Shown here: positions 28,606 through 42,230 of the stretch, piece by piece
Layout: each line of letters starts with the position of its first letter
How positions within the stretch are numbered: position 1 is the stretch's first letter
From: Octopus bimaculoides
Lineage: Eukaryota
Length of the DNA: 64,000 nucleotides
Assembly (NCBI RefSeq): GCF_001194135.2
Contig: NC_068989.1
Coordinates: 19,191,644-19,255,643, forward strand
Direction: 5' to 3'
Translations under genes and position numbers: made by a program
The notes under the pieces: model-generated
The model's database searches: none
What the model saw: only the letters and a program-made list of their open reading frames with translations
Told to the model about the DNA's origin: nothing

Positions 28606-29764
28606 AATGTACCCAGGCTGGTGATTGATATTGAAGTGGCTTTTTGTACCAATCCCCTCCTCCAAGGTACCTACCCTGGTCTTATGATGGAAATTTCTTG
28701 TTTTAAAGTGATCCAGTCATCTTCAATACCACCACCACAATCATNNNNNNNNNNNNNNNNNNNNNNNNNNNNNNNNNNNNNNNNNNNNNNNNNNNNNNNN
28801 NNNNNNNNNNNNNNNNNNNNNNNNNNNNNNNNNNNNNNNNNNNNNNNNNNNNNNNNNNNNNNNNNNNNNNNNNNNNNNNNNNNNNNNNNNNNNNNNNNNN
28901 NNNNNNNNNNNNNNNNNNNNNNNNNNNNNNNNNNNNNNNNNNNNNNNNNNNNNNNNNNNNNNNNNNNNNNNNNNNNNNNNNNNNNNNNNNNNNNNNNNNN
29001 NNNNNNNNNNNNNNNNNNNNNNNNNNTCTCTCTCTCTGCCTTTCTTGAACATCACCCCTCTGCTAAAATTATATTTTTAACTCTCTGTCTCTACCTTCAA
29101 CTAACTTTTTCAACCACGTATTAAATATTACATTCCCCCTCCCACGTCATGGACGCTTCTTTTTCCTTTTTCTTTCTCCCTCTTTCTGTCTCTTTGCCTT
29201 GTCCTCTTTTTCTCCCTCCTTTTTCTTTCTTCCTTTTTTTCTCTAATCACCTGAAAGCGTTACCGATGGGCTAAGTAATGCAATAACAAGTAGAGTTATT
29301 ACAAGATAATGATAATCCTTTCTGCTATATGCACAAGGCGTGAAATTTTGGGAGAAAAAGGCTAGTCAAATACATCAACCCCAGGGTTGATGGGTACTTA
29401 CCTTATTGACCTGCAAAGAATAAAAAATAGAATCAACCTCAGTAGACTTTGAACTCAGAATGTAAAGTCAGGAGAAACACCATTAAGCAGTTTGTCCAGT
29501 GTGTTAATGAATCTGCTAGGTTGCTGCCTTAATAATAATAATAATGACAATCCTTTCTACTATAGGCACAAGGCCTGAAATTTGGGGGGAGGGGAGCTAG
29601 TTGATTACATCGACCCCAGTACTCAACTGGTACTTAATTTAGGGGCCCTGAAAGGATGAAAGGCAAAGTCGACCTCAGTGGAATTTGAACTCAGAACGTA
29701 GCGATAGGCAAAATACCGCTAAGCATTCTGTATAGTGAGCTAACGATTCTGCCAGCTCGCTGCC

Positions 29765-29797
<33 letters not shown>

Positions 29798-31702
29798 GTA
29801 GTAATAATAATGGTATCAAATTTTTGGTAGCAAGCCAGCAATTTTAGGGGACGGATATGTTGATTACATTGACCCCAGTACTCAACTGGTGATTATTTTA
29901 TTTACCCTGAAAGAATGAAAGGCAAAGTTGACCTCAGTGGAATGAATAATAATAATTATTATTATTATTATTATTATGATAATAATATCAAAATAAAAAA
30001 TGATGGAATGAGACACTGCTGTGTCCTAAATGTGATAAAGAAATACCCAAAGAATGATCGAGAGTCTTGTCCACTCCAAAATACATGTCTTCCCCATGCC
30101 AACATACTAACTCAGTGTTCTGTTTTATTGTAATGGCTCCTTACCAAAGCAGACCACCACTAGCTAATTTCCATGAGTTTTCTTATGATTATCTTTGAAT
30201 AATAAATTGTTGTTTCAGCTGTTCTTTTAATCTAAGAACTAATGTTGCTACTAAGAACCTGACTGATCCCATACTGTTGTTGTTGTTGTTGTTGTTGCTT
30301 GATGTATTATATTGGTGGAACACTTCGGACATTCACCACCACCAACAAGTTTAATAACTGTTGTTGTTATTTTATGTCGGAAGTTTTGAATTGTGTGTTT
30401 ATATCTTCTTCTATCACAATGAATATATTATATAGCATCTGTGTTTCCCCAAAAAAAACCCAAAACAACACAGGGTATATGCAGACAGACATTCATGTAC
30501 ATACACTCACATACAGATGTTTATATGAATGCTTATAAACAAATTTAGAGAAGCTGGGATGTTTTTTTGGTCTTGTTTTTAAAATTTTAACTTTGTTTTT
30601 CTTTTACTTAAATATATAATTCTTTATGTGTTTCACGTTATTTTTGTTTTAATCTCACAGTTTAAAATTTCAACATCCTCCTTTCTATTTACAATAAATA
30701 CCAAGGAAACACATCTACCAATTCATGAACAACTAAAATAAATCACTTTAACCTTGTTGTGCTATATTATCTTGACTTTCTGTATGTGTATGTAAACCAT
30801 ACAAAGAAGGAGGCATTTATCAATTTATTTGTACTTAACTCATTATCGGATCGTTCTCTTTTCTCTGACAAAACTCTCCATAAGACCTTAGCCACCCATC
30901 CATCCGTTTCATTCATTTTGTAAAATATGTGACTTTGGGGTTTATTTCTCTGGTAATTGTATTTGGTAGTTGTATATATGTGTATGCATGTGTTATGGTT
31001 GAGTGGCTGCAAAGTTCAACCTCACTGTGTGGCATCATGGATGATTGTCAACCAATGCCTTGTAGATAGAATAGATAGATAGAAACTGTATGGAAACTTG
31101 CTCTGTGTGTTTGTGTTTGTGTGAGACACAGAGAGAGAGACTATGTGCTTAGGTGTGTATGAATATTCTGTGTCATTATTGATCCTTTTGGTACCAATCT
31201 ACCAAAGACTACCCCTGATTCTGTGATACAAACTTCCTGTTTTAACCAAATGAAAATGATCCAAGTGAAAATCTTGCATCAAAATTTCATGTTAATTGAA
31301 GTTTCAAACACCAGCTTAATAAATACAAAATTATTATTTCTGAAATTACATATGTGTGTTTGTGTCTCCTTGTGTTGTCATTGCATGATCGTTATAAATG
31401 AAGGTCATTCATTTCTAATATAGTGCCAAACCATGTCTGGCTATGAGGAAATTTCATGTTGCTTGGAAACAGACAAGGGTTGGCAATAGCAGGGGTGTCT
31501 AGCCACAGAAAAGTTACCTCAGTAAACTCTGTCTGACCTATGCAAGTATCGAGGAGCAAATATTGAGACAGGGATCATGAAGGGCTTCCTTCCACTATTT
31601 TCACTCACAAGACATTGATCAACCTGAGGCAAGTGTATGTTAGTTAATCAATTACCAATTTATATTTGTAAATTTAAGTTACATTGTATAGACTGAGCTA
31701 TG

Positions 31703-32045
31703 CATGAAGGCACATAGTTCAGTGGTTAGAGCATCCGACTCACAGTCGTGAAGTCGTGAGTTTGATTCCTGAACTGGACTGTGTGTTATGCTCTTCAGTA
31801 AGACACATTGTTTCACATTGCTCCAATTCACTCAGCTGTAGAAATGAGATGTGACGTCACAGGTGCCAAGCTGTATCAGCCTTTTCCTTTCCCTTGGATA
31901 ACATTGGTGGCGTGAAGAGGGGAGACTGGTATGCATGGGTGACTGCTGGTCTTCTATTAACAACCTTGCTTGGACTTGTGCCTTGAAGGGTAACTTTCTA
32001 GGTGCAATCTCATGGTCAGTCATGACCGAAGGGGGTCTTTACCCT
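31703..32045 (+). mobile_element. tRNA-derived SINE, family D
   Basis: tRNA-like head TAGTTCAGTGGTTAGAGCATCCGACTCACAGTCGTGAAGTCGTGAGTTTGATTCC, then CTTCAGTAAGACAC...CCAATTCACTCAGCTG; a related head is at 37144. Confidence 0.75.
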
Positions 32046-33679
32046 TTCTAGACTGGTACTTATAATTTGTGACTTGGTCATAATTAATATATAACATATT
32101 CAAGATAATTATGATTATTTGTATGTTTTAGTTTTTGTTGTATTTTGCTGCTGTTTGAAAAAGCAGCAAGCTGACAGAATCATTAACATGCTAAACAAAA
32201 TGTTTAATGGTGTTTCTTATGGTTTTACTTTTAGAGTTCAAATTCAACTGAGGTCAACTTTACTTTTCATCCTTTCAGGGTTGATAAACAAGTACCAGTT
32301 GAGCACTGGGGTTGTTGTAATTGACTAGGTCCTCCCTACAAGTTTCATGCTGTGTACCTATAGCAGAAAGGATTATGTTGATGTTTGGAATATATTTTTT
32401 TTTATGAATAGTGGTCTGGGTACAAACTTTTGGTTTGTACATTACAAACAACATTGGATTTCATCCACAAGCTGTTTGGAAATAGTGATCCTGCTTTTAG
32501 TGGCGAAATCACATTAATAGCTCTTAGGCTGCTGATGAGAGAAATTCTCAACTGTGTTAAAAAAATGGATTTCATTTTGTCATTATGTCACTGGCTATTG
32601 TTGATGTCTGATGGGTGCATGGGTGTTTTTTTTATTTATATGTACTCCACTAGGGTTTTTTACTGAGATTATACAAGTTGTTTGGCCATTTTTGTTTTTA
32701 GGTTGTGTTAGGAATGGGATTAGATATAATTTTTATTCATGTGGTTTGTAAATGGTTAGTTTAGCATGGTCAGATTGTCATTAAAAGGCAAATATGAAAT
32801 GTATATGTGTTTGTGTGTGGTCTACCTTGAAATGATTAATTTAGTGCTATGTGATTTCTCTGTCTCCCCCCCCTCTCTCATACTGACACATATATACAGA
32901 CAGAGATGTAGTGCTATATTTCTGGTTTTGAGAAAATACTCCGCATAGATAAACTGCTGGAGGTTATCTAGGTTAGGGTTCTGTACTGACAAATTGAACA
33001 GGGTCACACTAAAGAAATACAAAGGACGAAACTTATTTTTCAGTGACCTGTACCATAGATTAAAAGGTAAGCTCCCAGTTAATATAATCTGTAACCTAGT
33101 TTCAATTACCAGAGGTAACATTTTATTTACAAAATATAGCAAAAATTTCATTACTACATTAGTATATCAGTATTTTTGTGTTGTTCTTTTTCAAGTGAAG
33201 AAAGACATAAATTCTACAAGCTGCATTTTCTTTCCACTTAATACCTTAAGTTTTCCAGGTTAGCCTTGATCGAGTAGAACTATGGTCAAAAGCTACTTCG
33301 GCTAACCTGCATCTTATTAGTATGTTCTCCCATTTTTTTAAAGATGGTAGAGTGTTGTTTTAGCTGTTACTTTTAGCAGGCTCAGCAATGATACCAAGGC
33401 TTTCTCATTGGATTGGCTTCATTTATATTCTGAGTAGGAATTGGTAAACTTTGTCCAATGTACAGTTGCAAAGACATCGTGGACAATTATATTATGTATT
33501 AGTCTGACTTGTGTCTTTGTCTTGTGAGATGAGGACATCATTCCAACTAATACGTAATATACAAATTCCTCATCTCAGACATATAGGACTGTGTTATTGT
33601 GACAGTTGTATAACAAGCTGTGTCTATAAATGGATGTGGTCTCTTTAAAAAGAAATATAAGAAAAGATGTATGTGCAAG

Positions 33680-33925
33680 TGGCACGTAAAATAACCCATT
33701 TTGAGCATGGCCATTGCCAGCACCGTCTGACTGGCACTCATGCCGGTGGCACGTAAAAGCACCCACTACACTCTCGGAGTAGTTGGTCTTAGGAAGGGCA
33801 TCCAGCTGTAGAAACTCTGCCAGATCAGATTGGAGCCTGGTGTAGCCATCTGCTTTCACCAGTCCTCAGTCAAATCGTCCAACCCATGCTAGCATGGAAA
33901 GCGGACGTTAAATGATGATGATGTA
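33680..33925 (+). mobile_element. Family C (RTE 3' UTR) copy with one intact hairpin plus pseudoknot module
   Basis: GCCAGC-ACCGTCTG-ACTGGC..CATGCCGGTGGCACGTAAAAGCACC...GTTAAATGATGATGATG. Confidence 0.88.
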
Positions 33926-34402
33926 TAATTGGACAATTTCATATTGTTTGTAACAGGTGTAAACATGACTGTGGTTAAGAAGTGCACTTCACAACCACAT
34001 AGTTCTGGGTTTAGTCCCACTGTGCAGCACTTTGGGCAAGTATCTTCTACTATTGCTCTGGATTGATTAATGCATTGGGAGAAAATTTGATAGGCAGAAA
34101 CTGTATGGAAGCTTGTTATTTATGAATGTGTGTTTGTAAGTTTGCGTTTGGCCCTCACTGCCTGATACTTGGTGTAAGTTTGTTTATGTCCATGTAATTT
34201 AGCATTTAAGCTTGTGTTTCTCTCTCACTGCTTGACAACTGGTGTAGGTTTGTTTATGTTCATGTAATTTAGCAGTTTGGCAGAAATTTATGTATTGGAG
34301 TCAATTGGTTATATGAAATGAAAATAAAATCACCTCAAGGTGGTACACCTTGTTAGGCTGTTGTCCAGTGACTAAAAAAAGTTAAAAAAATAAAAGAACA
34401 AT

Positions 34403-34710
34403 TAGGCGCAGGAGTGGCTGTGTGGTAAGTAGCTTGCTTACCAACCACATGGTTCTAGGTTCAGTCCCACTGTGTGGCACCTTGGGCAGGTGTCTTCTAC
34501 TATAGCCTCGGGCCGACCAAAGCCTTGTGAGTGGATTTGGTAGAGCACTCCACAGACACGTGTACCCTTAACATAGTTCTCGGGGATATTCAGCGTGACA
34601 CAGTGTGACAAGGCTGACCCTTTGAATTACAGATACAACAGAAACAGGAAGTAAGAGTGAGAGAAAGTTGTGGTGAAAGAGTACAGCAGCAGGGTTCACC
34701 ACCATCCCCT
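34403..34710. mobile_element. Family A SINE 5' half (plus) joined to an inverted family D-type SINE fragment
   Basis: A consensus holds until GGATTTGGTAGA (~34544). The following GCACTCCACAGACACGTGTACCCTTAAC is the reverse complement of the body of the 37144-37449 SINE. Confidence 0.75.
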
Positions 34711-35073
34711 NNNNNNNNNNNNNNNNNNNNNNNNNNNNNNNNNNNNNNNNNNNNNNNNNNNNNNNNNNNNNNNNNNNNNNNNNNNNNNNNNNNNNNNNNN
34801 NNNNNNNNNNNNNNNNNNNNNNNNNNNNNNNNNNNNNNNNNNNNNNNNNNNNNNNNNNNNNNNNNNNNNNNNNNNNNNNNNNNNNNNNNNNNNNNNNNNN
34901 NNNNNNNNNNNNNNNNNNNNNNNNNNNNNNNNNNNNNNNNNNNNNNNNNNNNNNNNNNNNNNNNNNNNNNNNNNNNNNNNNNNNNNNNNNNNNNNNNNNN
35001 NNNNNNNNNNNNNNNNNNNNNNNNNNNNNNNNNNNNNNNNNNNNNNNNNNNNNNNNNNNNNNNNNNNNNNNNN

Positions 35074-35420
35074 CCGTTACGTTCTGAGTTCAAATTCCGC
35101 CGAGGTCGACTTTGCCTTTCATCCTTTCAGGGTCGATAAATTAAGTACCAGTTACGCACTGGGGTCGATGTAATCGACTTAATCCGTTCGTCTGTTCTTG
35201 TTTGTTCCCTCTATGTTTAGCCCCTTGTGGGCAATAACGAAATAGGTATTTCGTCTGCCGCTACGTTCTGAGTTCAAATTCCACTGAGGTCGACTTTGCT
35301 TTTCATCCTTTCGGGGTCGATTAAATAAGTACCAGTTACGCACTGGGGTCGATATAATCGACTTAATCCGTTTGTTTGTCCCCTCTGTGTGTAGCCCCTT
35401 GTGGGCAGTAAAGAAATAAG
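35074..35420 (+). mobile_element. Two tandem family B SINE copies
   Basis: CGTTCTGAGTTCAAATTCC.C.GAGGTCGACTTTGC occurs at 35080 and again at 35262. Confidence 0.9.
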
Positions 35421-36117
35421 AAGCATTTAGCTTTGCATTCAGATGAAAATATGTAGTTTGTGGTTTTAGGGTAGCTTTAATTTTTTTGACCCTTTGAGTT
35501 TGCGACCTACTTTCTGCTCCTAATTGCATCTATGCCACTTCATTTACTATAACACTAGTAACATTAGGAATACTATGAACATCACAACATAACATTGCTC
35601 ACTCTCTTATAAAATTTGTGACCTTTTGCTTATTTAACCATTCAATCTCATCTAACTCTATTGATTCCCTCACCACTCTGCCTCACTTTCCCATCTGCAA
35701 TGAAGAAATATGTTCTGTATACTATTATAAAACATATGCACACCTGTCTACTGTGAGGTTTCTTTTATAGTGAGACAATCATAGAGAAGCAGGGAGACAG
35801 AGCATGTGTTTGTTTGCATATAGATTAATGCTGTTTCCTATGTTTATATAGGAATTAATGTGACGGAGTGCTTAGAATGGAATAAAATTAATTCAAATTC
35901 ATGTATAATGATAATAGTTAGCAGCAACATCGTCTTTGTAGATTTTAAACCTGTTGTAGTCTCCTGGTTTAGTTTAGTTTGGTTATTTCTCTTCAGTTGT
36001 CTCTTGAGTTTGTAAGGCTTTCATTTTGTAATATCCAAACTGTGTCTGCATTCTAAATTTTCCTTCATATTATGGCATTAAATAAGGTACTGTTTCTAAT
36101 GTATGAGATATAATTAA

Positions 36118-36625
36118 CCTTTTTGATACCAACCCACCTGTGACTACCCCTGTTTCTGATAAAACTTTGCTGTTTTAAAGTGATTTAAATAAAAGCTCTC
36201 CTTCAAAATTCCATGTTAATTTATGTTCCAAACTCCAGCTTAATAATGACAAAATTAATTAATAAATTCATTATTTTCAAAATTAATTTTATAACGTGGT
36301 TTCTATATATGTCATCTTAGTGTCGTGCACTTATAACAGTATGATATACAATAGCACAGAATGGGGGGGGGGAGGCATCAACTGTCTCCACTTGATGTAT
36401 TCCCAAATACTGCCAACAACTGTAACCAATCCAAAATAACTCTCAACGAACTATAACAATTTCTCAATAATTTCCTGCGACTCCACAAACTCACGAATGA
36501 GTTAAAGATGCTACTACTTATACAAGTTGGCTAGTTCATTCTCACAGCGAGTGTCATGATTCTTGCCATATCAACTAATTAGAACAAAAGCAGCATATTT
36601 CAACAGAAATATGGTAACGAAAGGG
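36118..36625. mobile_element. piggyBac-type MITE (CCCTTTCGTTACC family)
   Basis: TTAA|CCTTTTTGATACC ... GGTAACGAAAGGG|TTAA; related copies at ~31186-31350, 46536-46745 and 47790-48056 (reverse). Confidence 0.75.
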
Positions 36626-36739
36626 TTAAAGCTTAAAATGCTTTTGATGAACATCGTTGTTCCAGAATTGCTGAACATATGAAAGCTTTTGCTCCATAAT
36701 ACAATAACAAATGTAACTATCATCTACTATAAGATTGTA

Positions 36740-38354
36740 CTGTATGTGGCTGAAAAAACTCCCATATTTCACATGACCATTGGTGAGGCACTAGTGAAGT
36801 TAGGCAGGTGGTTATTGTGTCTTGATGTAGTTCATGTTGTACTGTTTTCTTACTTTGCTTTTTTTTTTCTCTCTTTTTAATTGCTATCATGGTTTTGAGT
36901 TGCCATCGCTGGTGCAAACCATGTGTTTATTTTTCAAGAATAGTGATTGTTGTGCAGAGAACTTTCTGTATTCATTTTGGGTGAAATTGAAACAATGCTA
37001 TTCCACACTGGAAATCCATATTGCTATTGGATGACAATTTCGGGGCCATGAGTTCAAAACTAAAAGAAAACTACTTGGAAAATGTTGGAGCATTCAAACT
37101 CCAGAAAGTGTTCAAGTTGTGAGACACTGTTTTGCAATCTCCTGTGAAGGTAATTATCAGTTCATGATCATAAGGTTGTGAGTTCAATTCCCAGTGGCAC
37201 ATTGTGTCTTTGAGCAAGACACTTTATTCCACGTTGCTTCAGTTCACTCAGTTGGCAAAAATGTGTTGTACCTGTTATTAAAAGGGCCATGCTGTGTCAT
37301 GCTGAATCTCCCTGCGAACTGTGTTAAGGGTACATACACATGTCTGTGTTGTGCTTAGCCATTTGCATGTTAATTTCACAAGCAGGCTATTTCATTGATT
37401 GGATTAATTGGAACTTTTGTTGTTGTAACCAATGGAGTGTCATTTTTGGTTTGCAATCTCCTAAGTGTGCAATCTGCAAACATGCATCTGCTTTGGGATT
37501 ATGCAATTGAACTGCCAGAATGTTATACATTGATCTCAAGTTCCGTCCATACAAAGTGATGGTTGGGAAACTTCATGAATGTGATAGGAAAAAGCCACAT
37601 AGCATACTGTGAGGATATCTGTCACATTGTTCCTTCAGACACTATTTTCCTCACATGCAATGAAGCCCACTTTCGTCTGCCTGGAGTAGAATTTTTGTTA
37701 CTTGATGGAAAACAATGTCAAGCAGATTCATGAAAGATCCCTTTACAACAAACTAGTTTCTGTCTAGTGTACTGTTGCAAATTTTGGTGTTTGGGGCCCT
37801 CACTTTTAGAAGGAGGGAGGCTAAGCACTTACAGTAATGTCTGATTAACATGCAGAGATGCTACACAACTTTCTGAAGCCAAAACTTAGAGACCATGGAA
37901 ATTTGGATGAGTGGTTTCAGTAGGATGGTGCCACTGCTTGCCAAGTGGTGTCATCAATGGCAGTCTTGAAAGAACTGTTTCCAGGACACTTGATCTTCAT
38001 ATGTGGTGATGTTGGATGGCCTGCGATCTTGCTTGATCTCACCCTGTGAATAGTTTTTGCTAGAGATACTGAAAAGCTGAGGTCTACAAACTGACCAATA
38101 GCCATTGACAAATTGAAGGCTGCTATTGCAGAAATACTACTGGAAATACCTTGCTCAATGATGGAAGACTTAAGGATTCGATTGCAACAGTGTATCACAA
38201 TTAGAGACTACCATTTGGGAGATATTATTTTCAAAACCAAGTGAAACAAACTGCATCCCATCCTGTTAATGCTATTAGAATATTCTTTGAGAAACATTTA
38301 CTGTGGACTTTTTGTCAACCTATAAAATGTGGGAATATTTTTTGCCACACCCTG
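36740..38354 (+). mobile_element. Full-length Tc1/mariner fossil with TA TSDs
   Basis: The TIRs TACTGTATGTGGCTGAAAAAACTCCCATATTTCA and the reverse-complemented right end TACAGGGTGTGGCAAAAAATATTCCCACATTTTA match at 25/34. Transposase remnants: VVQRTFCIHF, TPESVQVVR, DLKFRPYKV, CNEAHF, WFQ*DGATA, LKELFPGHLIF..GDVGWP...DL. Confidence 0.88.
37144..37449 (+). mobile_element. tRNA-derived SINE inserted in the mariner transposase, 13-bp TSD
   Basis: TTTGCAATCTCCT at 37131-37143 and again at 37450-37462; B box GAGTTCAATTCC. Confidence 0.88.
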
Positions 38355-38355
38355 T

Positions 38356-38423
<68 letters not shown>

Positions 38424-39507
38424 AACAGCATAGGGGGACAACAGACTGAGTTCATTGGGTACCATATAATAAAACAAAACTTTGGGAAGCTGAAAGGAAG
38501 CAAACACTGAGAGAAGATACTTGATGGTCATACCAGCTGGCTACAGAAACACTGGCCCAATAATGGGCTGAGTTCTGTGTGGGACAGGAGGAAGGTGGAG
38601 ATCTATGATTGCTGATACATATAAACATATACACTATGTAAAATGGAGCTGTGGTAGCCTTGTATTGTAAACTTATGTGAAATGTAATTGAGGTAAAATA
38701 TTTCCTGCACAGTAGGAAAGTTGTTAAAGCAATAAAAAAGAAAGTAAAGAGAAAATTGAAAGTTTTTTTTCCTCCTATATCAATTCTGCCCACCACATAT
38801 GATATTTATTACAGCTAAATACTGATAAAATCCCTTTCTGAGCGTTAACAGGCTGAAATATTTCTTTCCTTAGTATTAATATGTTAACCAAAGTACTTAG
38901 TTTGTCATCATGTGTTAGGGTGTCTTGTTTTTGCAAGTTGAACAGGTCTGCCATAAATCTTATCACCATTCTTAATACACACTAAGATTCATGTAATTAT
39001 CATATATACAGAACAAATATTGCCTTATTTCCCACATAGGCCAAGGAATGACTTTATGACCCCAATATTTTCTCAGCATTCTTGCACTGTTTTGACCTTG
39101 AAGGTCACATCATGCACAATGTCTTGTTTCTCAAGACTACATCACATCACAATGTGCTGTTACTCAGGATCATATCACTTCGTTTTGTCTTAATGTTTTG
39201 CTCTTGCAGGTCACATCGCAATCTTTTTACTCCCCAAAATTGCATGACACAATAATCTTACTCTGGTGTGTTCTTTAAGATTACATTACAACTGTCAAAG
39301 GCACCACTATCTTGTTATTCAAATTTGCATCCGTACATGCATCTGCACATGCATATACATCTCACAGTTTGGTTGTTCAAAATCATATTGCAGATTTTCC
39401 TCTCTTTAAAAATCGCATCATATACACCCTGTACACACACACACTACAAAAAAGAAATTAAACTGAATTCCATTCTGACTTACTTTTTCACAGTATGTAT
39501 GTACAAC

Positions 39508-39890
39508 ATAGGCACAGGTGTGGCTTTGTGGTAAGAAGCTTGCTTCCCAATCACGTGGTTCTGGGTTCAGTTCCACTGCCTGACATCTTGGGCAAGTGTC
39601 TTCTACTATAGCCTCAGCCCATCCAAAGCCTCGTGAATGGATTTGGTAGACTAAAACTGAAAGAAGCCCAGCATGTGTGTATCTGTCTTTATCCCTCACT
39701 ACTGTTTGACAACTGATGTTGGTGTGTTTACATCCCCATAACTAAGTGGTTCTGCAAAAGAGATCGATATAATAAGTACCAGGCTTTGAAAAAGCTAAGT
39801 ACTGGGGTCAATTCATTCAATTAAAAATTCTTCAAGGCAGTGCTCCAGCATGGCCGCAGTCCAATGACTGAAGCAAGTAAAAGATATAAG
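39508..39890 (+). mobile_element. Family A SINE
   Basis: Head, core and tail match consensus. Confidence 0.88.
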
Positions 39891-40079
39891 ATATCACAAA
39901 TCAGATTTGTAACATCTTTCTTCTGTATAGTTAAGATGCTGGAATATTCAGTTATAATAAGAACAATTTTACATTAATCTGATGGGTTACTCTATACTTT
40001 TGCAGAGTACAAATTTATTGTTCTTTAACAAGAATATCATTGAGAGTGACTTTGAAGTTTGAGCTAGATAAGCCATTGT

Positions 40080-40880
40080 TGCACTGGTTTAACTGACAAA
40101 GAGACCTAAATGCCATACATAAATGAATGGGCTGAGGAGAACAAAATGCAATTTAATGCAGACAAATTCCAAGCTCTCTGCTAACAAGTTAATTAGTACT
40201 CAGAAGCTGCAACAATGATATTTTGCACCAAAAGGAGCAACAATCCCAGAATCACATATAGTGCATGATCTTAGGATTGATATGAGAACCTTCAAAGCAA
40301 GGGACCAAGAAACTATGCTGGTCTTATGGAGGACATTTGTCTTCAGCCATCTGGACTTCTGCTCTCATCTGTGGTCACCCTACAGTGTCAGATTAACGAC
40401 AACCCTATAGTGTCAGATTGAGTCAGTTCAGCGATGTTACACAGGGAAGATTGCTTCAATGGAATAGCTGAGCTACTGGGAGAGACTGAAAGAGCTGTGA
40501 CTCTATTCCCTGGAGCAGAGACAGGAGAGGTATGCAGTGATATATGTGTGGAAGGTACTGGAGGGGCTGACAAACTTTGGAATTGAAAGCTATATCAGAC
40601 CCCAAACTGGACATCACTGCACTGTTCTAAAGGTCCCAGCTGTCCCATCTAGAGTGAGGACCATGTACTGTGGGCCCTTGGGATTCAAGGGTCCACAGCT
40701 ATTTAACACTTTTGCCAAAACATTTGAGGGATCTTCATGGAGTTGGGGTAGATGTTTTTAAGAAACAACTTGACTTCCTGCTATCAAAGGTTGCAGATGT
40801 ACCAATATCAAGGCAGGAGACCCAAAAGAGGGCAGCAGTGACAAACTCCCCCCTTCACCAAAAGCCAATCACATGAGATT
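40080..40880 (+). pseudogene. Decayed CR1/L2-group LINE RT C-terminal fragment
   Basis: DLNAIH.WAEENKMQFNADKFQAL, HDLRID, IYVWKVLEGL and FKGPQLFN.LPKHLRDLHGVGVDVFKKQLDFLLSKVADVP are typical CR1/L2-group motifs. Confidence 0.82.
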
Positions 40881-41964
40881 TGCCATTGAAAAGGTGATTA
40901 CGCTGGCAGTGCTCCAGCATGGCAACAGCCTTAGGGCTGAAATGTATAAAAGAACATATATATATATACACACTTCTAATGGTATACTAAGTTGATAAGG
41001 TACAAATGTATTGACGCTGGCATTGTGTTACGGTTCAGTTCATCTAGCTATAAGTTGTTGTTTAGCTTTAGGCCAACCTTGATTAAGCAGATCTTTGGTC
41101 AGTTATATCAGCTATGATGCTTTTTTTTTTCTCCCTGAAGTATAGGATGTCACAGAGCACATTATCTAGTCTGTTCTTTACAGTATCACTTGAGGGAGAT
41201 TTTACTAATTTTACTATTATTTCTGACAAGTCAGTTGTTGAATCACTTTTATTGGCTTGCTTAGTGGTAAGCAGGTAATACAATTGCAATCTGTAATCCA
41301 TTGCTGTAGTTGTTCTGTAGAATTGGCAAGTGTTTTTCTATCTTGCAGTGCCAAGCTTAATTCCTCGCATGGGAAAAGTTACTTATAATAAAAGTTTCTT
41401 AGGAGAGAAAGCAAGAGATTTCTCTAACATCTGCTTAATGTTGAGAAACCTAGAGATAAGAGCTGGCCTTCTGAGTCCTTGCGTTTTGAAAAAGGACTAA
41501 CTATCTTTGTGTTCTAGGTTGAACTCTCTTTGAGACTGATAATACAGGCTATAGCCCTTTTTCTATTAAAATTGGCCCTGTGCCCAGTCAGAATGTATCT
41601 ATATTTAGAATAGGCAAGCATATTCAAGATACTAAGAAAAGTTTTGCCATCTGAATAAATTTTTCTTTGCTAATGAGATTGAATAAAATCAAACATGTTC
41701 ATTGCTTTCTTTACTTTGTTTTCAAAACTGGATCCACTCTATACTCTTTTACTCGTTTCAGCCATGCAGCTGTGGTCATGCTAGAGCACCACCTTATCTA
41801 CATTATCTATATTGTCCAAAATCTTCACTAAACTGAACTTATTGGGGTTATTTTTTTTTTAATATTTCAAACACCCCTCTAAGTATATTACAGTCTCAAA
41901 AAGGAGTTTTTGTTTATTAATTATCTTGGTAATTTCAGTTGATTAAACATTTTCATCAAACATC

Positions 41965-42230
41965 ATCTATTCTGGATAAGATCGGTTCAGACTGGTCAGA
42001 ACCAGATCAGACTGGTCCAAACTAGTTCAAACTGGTCATATCGCTCAAACATTTTCAACAAACATCTTCATCAGACATCATCATATTCTTCAATCTGGTT
42101 TAGATTGGTCAAACCAGTCCTGACCAGATCGGACTGGTCCAAAACAGATCAGACCAGTCAAAACTGGATTAAATCAGTGCAAACCAGTTCAGGCCAGTCC
42201 TGACCAGTCCAAACCAGATCAGATCCTAAA
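41965..42230. repeat. Degenerate minisatellite built from ACCAG/ACTGG pentamers with about 10-bp period
   Basis: For example ACTGG TCAGA ACCAG ATCAG ACTGG TCCAA ACTAG TTCAA ACTGG; two blocks separated by a repeated AAACATTTTCA..AAACATC spacer. Confidence 0.85.

Noticed and set aside
41331-41500. Host exon after a good acceptor (TTTTTCTATCTTGCAG) with a 49-codon open frame
   Set aside because: No strong donor site, no recognisable protein and no neighbouring exons.
42040-42085. Hammerhead-like CTGATGA-AGATGTTTGTT-GAAA-ATGTT on the minus strand
   Set aside because: Helix II forms only if CpG decay is assumed, helix I does not pair, and the segment is part of a local tandem repeat.
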